NCBI GenBank assembly: GCA_965215515.1
Contig: OZ244057.1
Span: forward strand, 1,728,001 to 1,792,000
DNA from: Oligoflexales bacterium
GTDB lineage: Bacteria; Bdellovibrionota_B; Oligoflexia; Oligoflexales; JAPPIL01
Direction of reading: 5' to 3'
DNA length: 64,000 nt
The notes under the pieces were generated by a model. That model worked only from the letters and a program-made list of their open reading frames with translations, was not told the origin of the DNA and searched no databases. Shown one piece after another: positions 60,822 to 64,000 of the stretch (its first letter is position 1; the number at the start of each line of letters is the position of its first letter). The translations under genes were made by a program, and so were the position numbers.

Positions 60822-62240
60822 TCATCCCTCAATAGTCGTGCTTCGTCTTGCGCGCATTAAATACAATGTTCGGTGTGTGTCGGTTAGCCTGTGCTGGTGG
60901 ATAAACACAAAAAACTTCTCAAATTGCGTGACAAAGTTATCTCGGTGATAAAAAGCAAAGGCATGATAATTATCCCGCATATGGGCAAGCAGTGTCGCCG
61001 TGCGTGTGTCTTGACGATCGACAAATTCGATAATCAGATACGGTGCAGTGGCCGCAAAGAGTTCTGCCAGCATGTGAAAACGACACTGGTGAGAAATGCA
61101 AAGATGATGGAGTACAGCAAGTGCTAGGCTGCAGCTGATGCTGGCTGTCCCGATGCGCTGTAGAAAAGAAGTGCGCTCGTTGTTGGCAAAACCATACGCA
61201 GGGGTGGGGTTGGTGATGTCTAACAACAGAGATAACACATTTTGGGTAGAGCGTTGTTGATTGTGTTGCTGCGCATGCTCGACGGCAAGTGGATCGTTGT
61301 CACAGGTGATGACATAATCTTTGTCCGCGGCATAGTCACGAGAGAAAAAACCGTTGTTGCCCCCGATGTCCAGAACACGCGCAGCATTTATCTCTCGCAA
61401 CCACTGCCGTACCATCTTGCCTTTTTCCTTGAAAGCTACGGGGGGATAGCTAGTATCATCGTAGTAGTCTCCCCACGGTGTCTGCTGCGCGGGCAGCTGA
61501 AGGTCGCTGAGACCCGCACGCAGATAGGTGAACAAACAACGGAGTAGCTTGCGAGAAAGCTTAGCGTTTTTAGATTTCTTTTTGTGTTTATCAACCGCAG
61601 CTGCATGGCGATGCACCGTGCTCTGCACAAACGGCAGAAAGCGAGTGCGGAAAGGTAAAAGCCGTGCCCCGTGAGCTAAAGGTATCCCGTCGAGAGCACT
61701 GGTTAGCTGGCGGTTAATGTCGGGAGCACAGTAGCGCATCAACAGTAGTGGCACAACGAAGTGTCGACAAAACTGCCCAAACGCATACCAAGGCCTATCC
61801 TGCAAATAAGGAGCGAAAGAAAGAGTGTCGATAAATACCGCCCGCGAGCCGACAAACTGCACGTTATAACTCGAAGCATCCTTCAACAGCATACCGTGCT
61901 CAAGTGCTAACATGTTTATGCGCAGGTGCAGCTGTGCCGCCTCCTTCAGCATGCTAAAAGACCACTCACACGGGTAGCTGAGGAAAGGGATGCGAGATGG
62001 TTTGATCACTAGCTGTCGTTCGTTTTGAGCAACAAGCGTGTGTGAGACCAGTAGTTTAGCTTGCACCAGCTGGTCATACAACCCACTGCGCTGCAAATGA
62101 TGGTAGGCAGAGAAGTAGGGAGCGTTAATCGCCCGATACACCTCACCTTCCCGCTCGAAAACATAGCCCGCGGGATCACGAAACGACGCACCATGGTGTC
62201 GCTGTTGCCTGGATGTAAAACGTGTCGACGGCAATTTCAC
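60822..62240 (-). CDS. Class I SAM-dependent methyltransferase (NoeA-like)
   Basis: SFRDPAGYVF, SYPCEWSF, LKDASSYNVQF, VLDIGGNNGFFS and LALAVLHHL. Confidence 0.8.
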   Translation of the reverse strand: MKLPSTRFTSRQQRHHGASFRDPAGYVFEREGEVYRAINAPYFSAYHHLQRSGLYDQLVQAKLLVSHTLVAQNERQLVIKPSRIPFLSYPCEWSFSMLKEAAQLHLRINMLALEHGMLLKDASSYNVQFVGSRAVFIDTLSFAPYLQDRPWYAFGQFCRHFVVPLLLMRYCAPDINRQLTSALDGIPLAHGARLLPFRTRFLPFVQSTVHRHAAAVDKHKKKSKNAKLSRKLLRCLFTYLRAGLSDLQLPAQQTPWGDYYDDTSYPPVAFKEKGKMVRQWLREINAARVLDIGGNNGFFSRDYAADKDYVITCDNDPLAVEHAQQHNQQRSTQNVLSLLLDITNPTPAYGFANNERTSFLQRIGTASISCSLALAVLHHLCISHQCRFHMLAELFAATAPYLIIEFVDRQDTRTATLLAHMRDNYHAFAFYHRDNFVTQFEKFFVFIHQHRLTDTHRTLYLMRARRSTTIEG

Positions 62241-62800
62241 TTAGCCCAACTGAGCTGCACCCGCGCCCGTGAATTGCCCAGCACCAGCTGTAGCGGCGCG
62301 GCACGACGATAAGGCGGAGCATCAAAGACAAGCAGATACTCGCTGCTCCAAGGGGTAACGTGATCAAAAAACAATTCGAGCTTGTCCTTGTTGTGAATTT
62401 TTGTGATCGCCACGGGTTCAGAACTACTGTCCCCGTCGCGGAGACGCACCGTCCACAGCAAGTAATCCCGCAAATCAACCCGCTGGGGAGCAGCAAGACT
62501 GACCAGAAACGCAGTCTGGTGCGCACGGGAGCTGCGCGCCAAAATATCGCTATGCGCACCCGCCAACAGACGATGCCGTGTGCGAAACGCATGCAGAAAA
62601 GCAGACGACAGGTGCGTAGCATTGACGGAAAACTGATGCTCGATGCCACGATAAACCCGCGAAGTGCGCGTCGAACGGTGATAAGCACTGGCATAGCCGC
62701 GGTCGTGGCGCACCTCGGGCAACACCTCGACCCTGCGGTCGAGCCGATGCAAGCACGCACTCACCACTGTCACGACGAAGATGAGAAGGATACTAGGCAG
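62237..62800 (-). CDS. Putative lipoprotein (start uncertain)
   Basis: ILLIFVVTVVSAC lipobox-like segment; its stop overlaps the methyltransferase start. Confidence 0.55.
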   Translation of the reverse strand: MPSILLIFVVTVVSACLHRLDRRVEVLPEVRHDRGYASAYHRSTRTSRVYRGIEHQFSVNATHLSSAFLHAFRTRHRLLAGAHSDILARSSRAHQTAFLVSLAAPQRVDLRDYLLWTVRLRDGDSSSEPVAITKIHNKDKLELFFDHVTPWSSEYLLVFDAPPYRRAAPLQLVLGNSRARVQLSWAK

Positions 62801-63710
62801 TGACGCGGTTGCGTCCTGAAGTTTTCGAGGTGTAGAGCTTTTGATCGGCCTTCTCAAGTAGTTCCTCGGCAGTGGTGATCGCACTGTTCAATTCAAAAAT
62901 ACCCAGCGAGATGGTCTGGCGATGATTGACCACCCCTCCCTTGTCCTTCTTTAAGCGAAAATCATAGCCAGCAACCGCCTGTCGTAACCGCTCGGCAAGA
63001 TCACGACAGGTGGCGAGCGGCGTGTTAGGTAGAATGACGATGAACTCTTCCCCGCCAAAACGACCGAGAGTGTCGTCCTTACGGATGGTGGAAGTGACGA
63101 TCTTAGCTGTCTGCCGCAACACCATATCGCCTGCATTGTGCCCATAGGTGTCGTTAACTTTCTTGAAATAATCGAGGTCAAAATAAATAATCGACAGCGG
63201 TTGGCGACGCGTGCGATGGAACTTGATCTCCGACTCCAACGTGTCCACCACATATTGCTTGTTATAAATCTGCGTCCCCGCATCGATGGTAGCCATGCGA
63301 TAAATCTTATCCTGCACGATCGCATCGACATTGTTGCTCGCAAAAAACTTCAACAACACCGCACCGAGACGCAAAAAATCACCGTCCCGTAGTCTAACCT
63401 CGCTGCTGATGCGCTTGTCATTGATAAACGTACCGTTAGCACTGCCAAGATCGGTGACCGAAATAGCACCGCTGCTCTGGTTGAACTTGACATGCTTCCT
63501 CGAGACACTCTGCTCGTCGATACGTAAATCCACATCGGGTGACCTCCCCGCGACATGCGAAGGAGAAGCAAGATCGAGGTGAAAACACTTGCCCACACGA
63601 TTCCCGCTGTATTGAATCAAACACGCCGTCTGACGTTTCCGCGCGTCGGCATAAACGGTAAGATCAACGTCTTGGGCGATAATGGTTTTATCGTCGAGAT
63701 TATCGGACAT
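62793..63710 (-). CDS. FHA-GGDEF diguanylate cyclase (DgcB-like)
   Basis: FHA motifs GRS...SVSRKH...DLGSANGTFIN; DLDYFKKVNDTYGHNAGD; RKDD I-site; GGEEF. Confidence 0.93.
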   Translation of the reverse strand: MSDNLDDKTIIAQDVDLTVYADARKRQTACLIQYSGNRVGKCFHLDLASPSHVAGRSPDVDLRIDEQSVSRKHVKFNQSSGAISVTDLGSANGTFINDKRISSEVRLRDGDFLRLGAVLLKFFASNNVDAIVQDKIYRMATIDAGTQIYNKQYVVDTLESEIKFHRTRRQPLSIIYFDLDYFKKVNDTYGHNAGDMVLRQTAKIVTSTIRKDDTLGRFGGEEFIVILPNTPLATCRDLAERLRQAVAGYDFRLKKDKGGVVNHRQTISLGIFELNSAITTAEELLEKADQKLYTSKTSGRNRVTA

Positions 63711-64000
63711 TTTCCCTGACCATCATTGCGGTGGCTACTACCTAATATACCACGTCTCCCGACAGGAACAAAACAGCATAAACCTGACGAGTATGCCCAT
63801 GGCTAATTTGCTTTTCTCGCTGAAGTTTTTTTATTACACGCAGTAAAAATGGTGGCTTTTCGCGACACAGCTGTTTAGTTTTTTATAGTTTCTTTTGGTA
63901 TTGCCTCTATCGAGTTCAGCGCGCCGATTGCGCTAGGGGAGTTGCTCGCGGGCAGGACGATACCTATTGAGTCCGACGGCAAGGGTGCGGGAAGGGGTAT

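Noticed and set aside
63860..64000. Possible gene end at the right edge
   Set aside because: Too short to assign a frame or product.

Overview
Bacterial chromosomal window of moderate to high GC. The gene content suggests Bdellovibrionota/Oligoflexia (inference from a DgcB-like FHA-GGDEF cyclase, an orphan FliG-C protein, TPR/PilZ/GYF-like proteins and a Tat/haem operon). The housekeeping backbone is ftsH (partial), tilS, trpS (frameshifted), a Fis-type regulator, grpE, lon, tamB-bamA/tamA, rpoD, folD, mrp, lysS, xseAB and frr-tsf-rpsB, with no pyrH between tsf and frr. The accessory region at about 21.0-31.4 kb has several parts. An Rpn nuclease gene with a predicted intragenic antitoxin start lies between two diverged ~305-bp copies of the rpoD upstream region. 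Next come low-GC lipoproteins including a VWA protein, then a decayed island with IS1634, NYN, type III RM, STAND ATPase, replication-relaxation and serine recombinase fragments. The island ends in a perfect 41-bp x7 tandem array abutting tRNA-Val(GAC). Other notable items are a dispersed MITE/IS-end family, a KTSC-fusion protein, a lipoprotein with histatin-like His repeats, a four-gene Tat/c-type haem operon and several structured leader candidates. All calls come from reading motifs by eye; no database searches were run.
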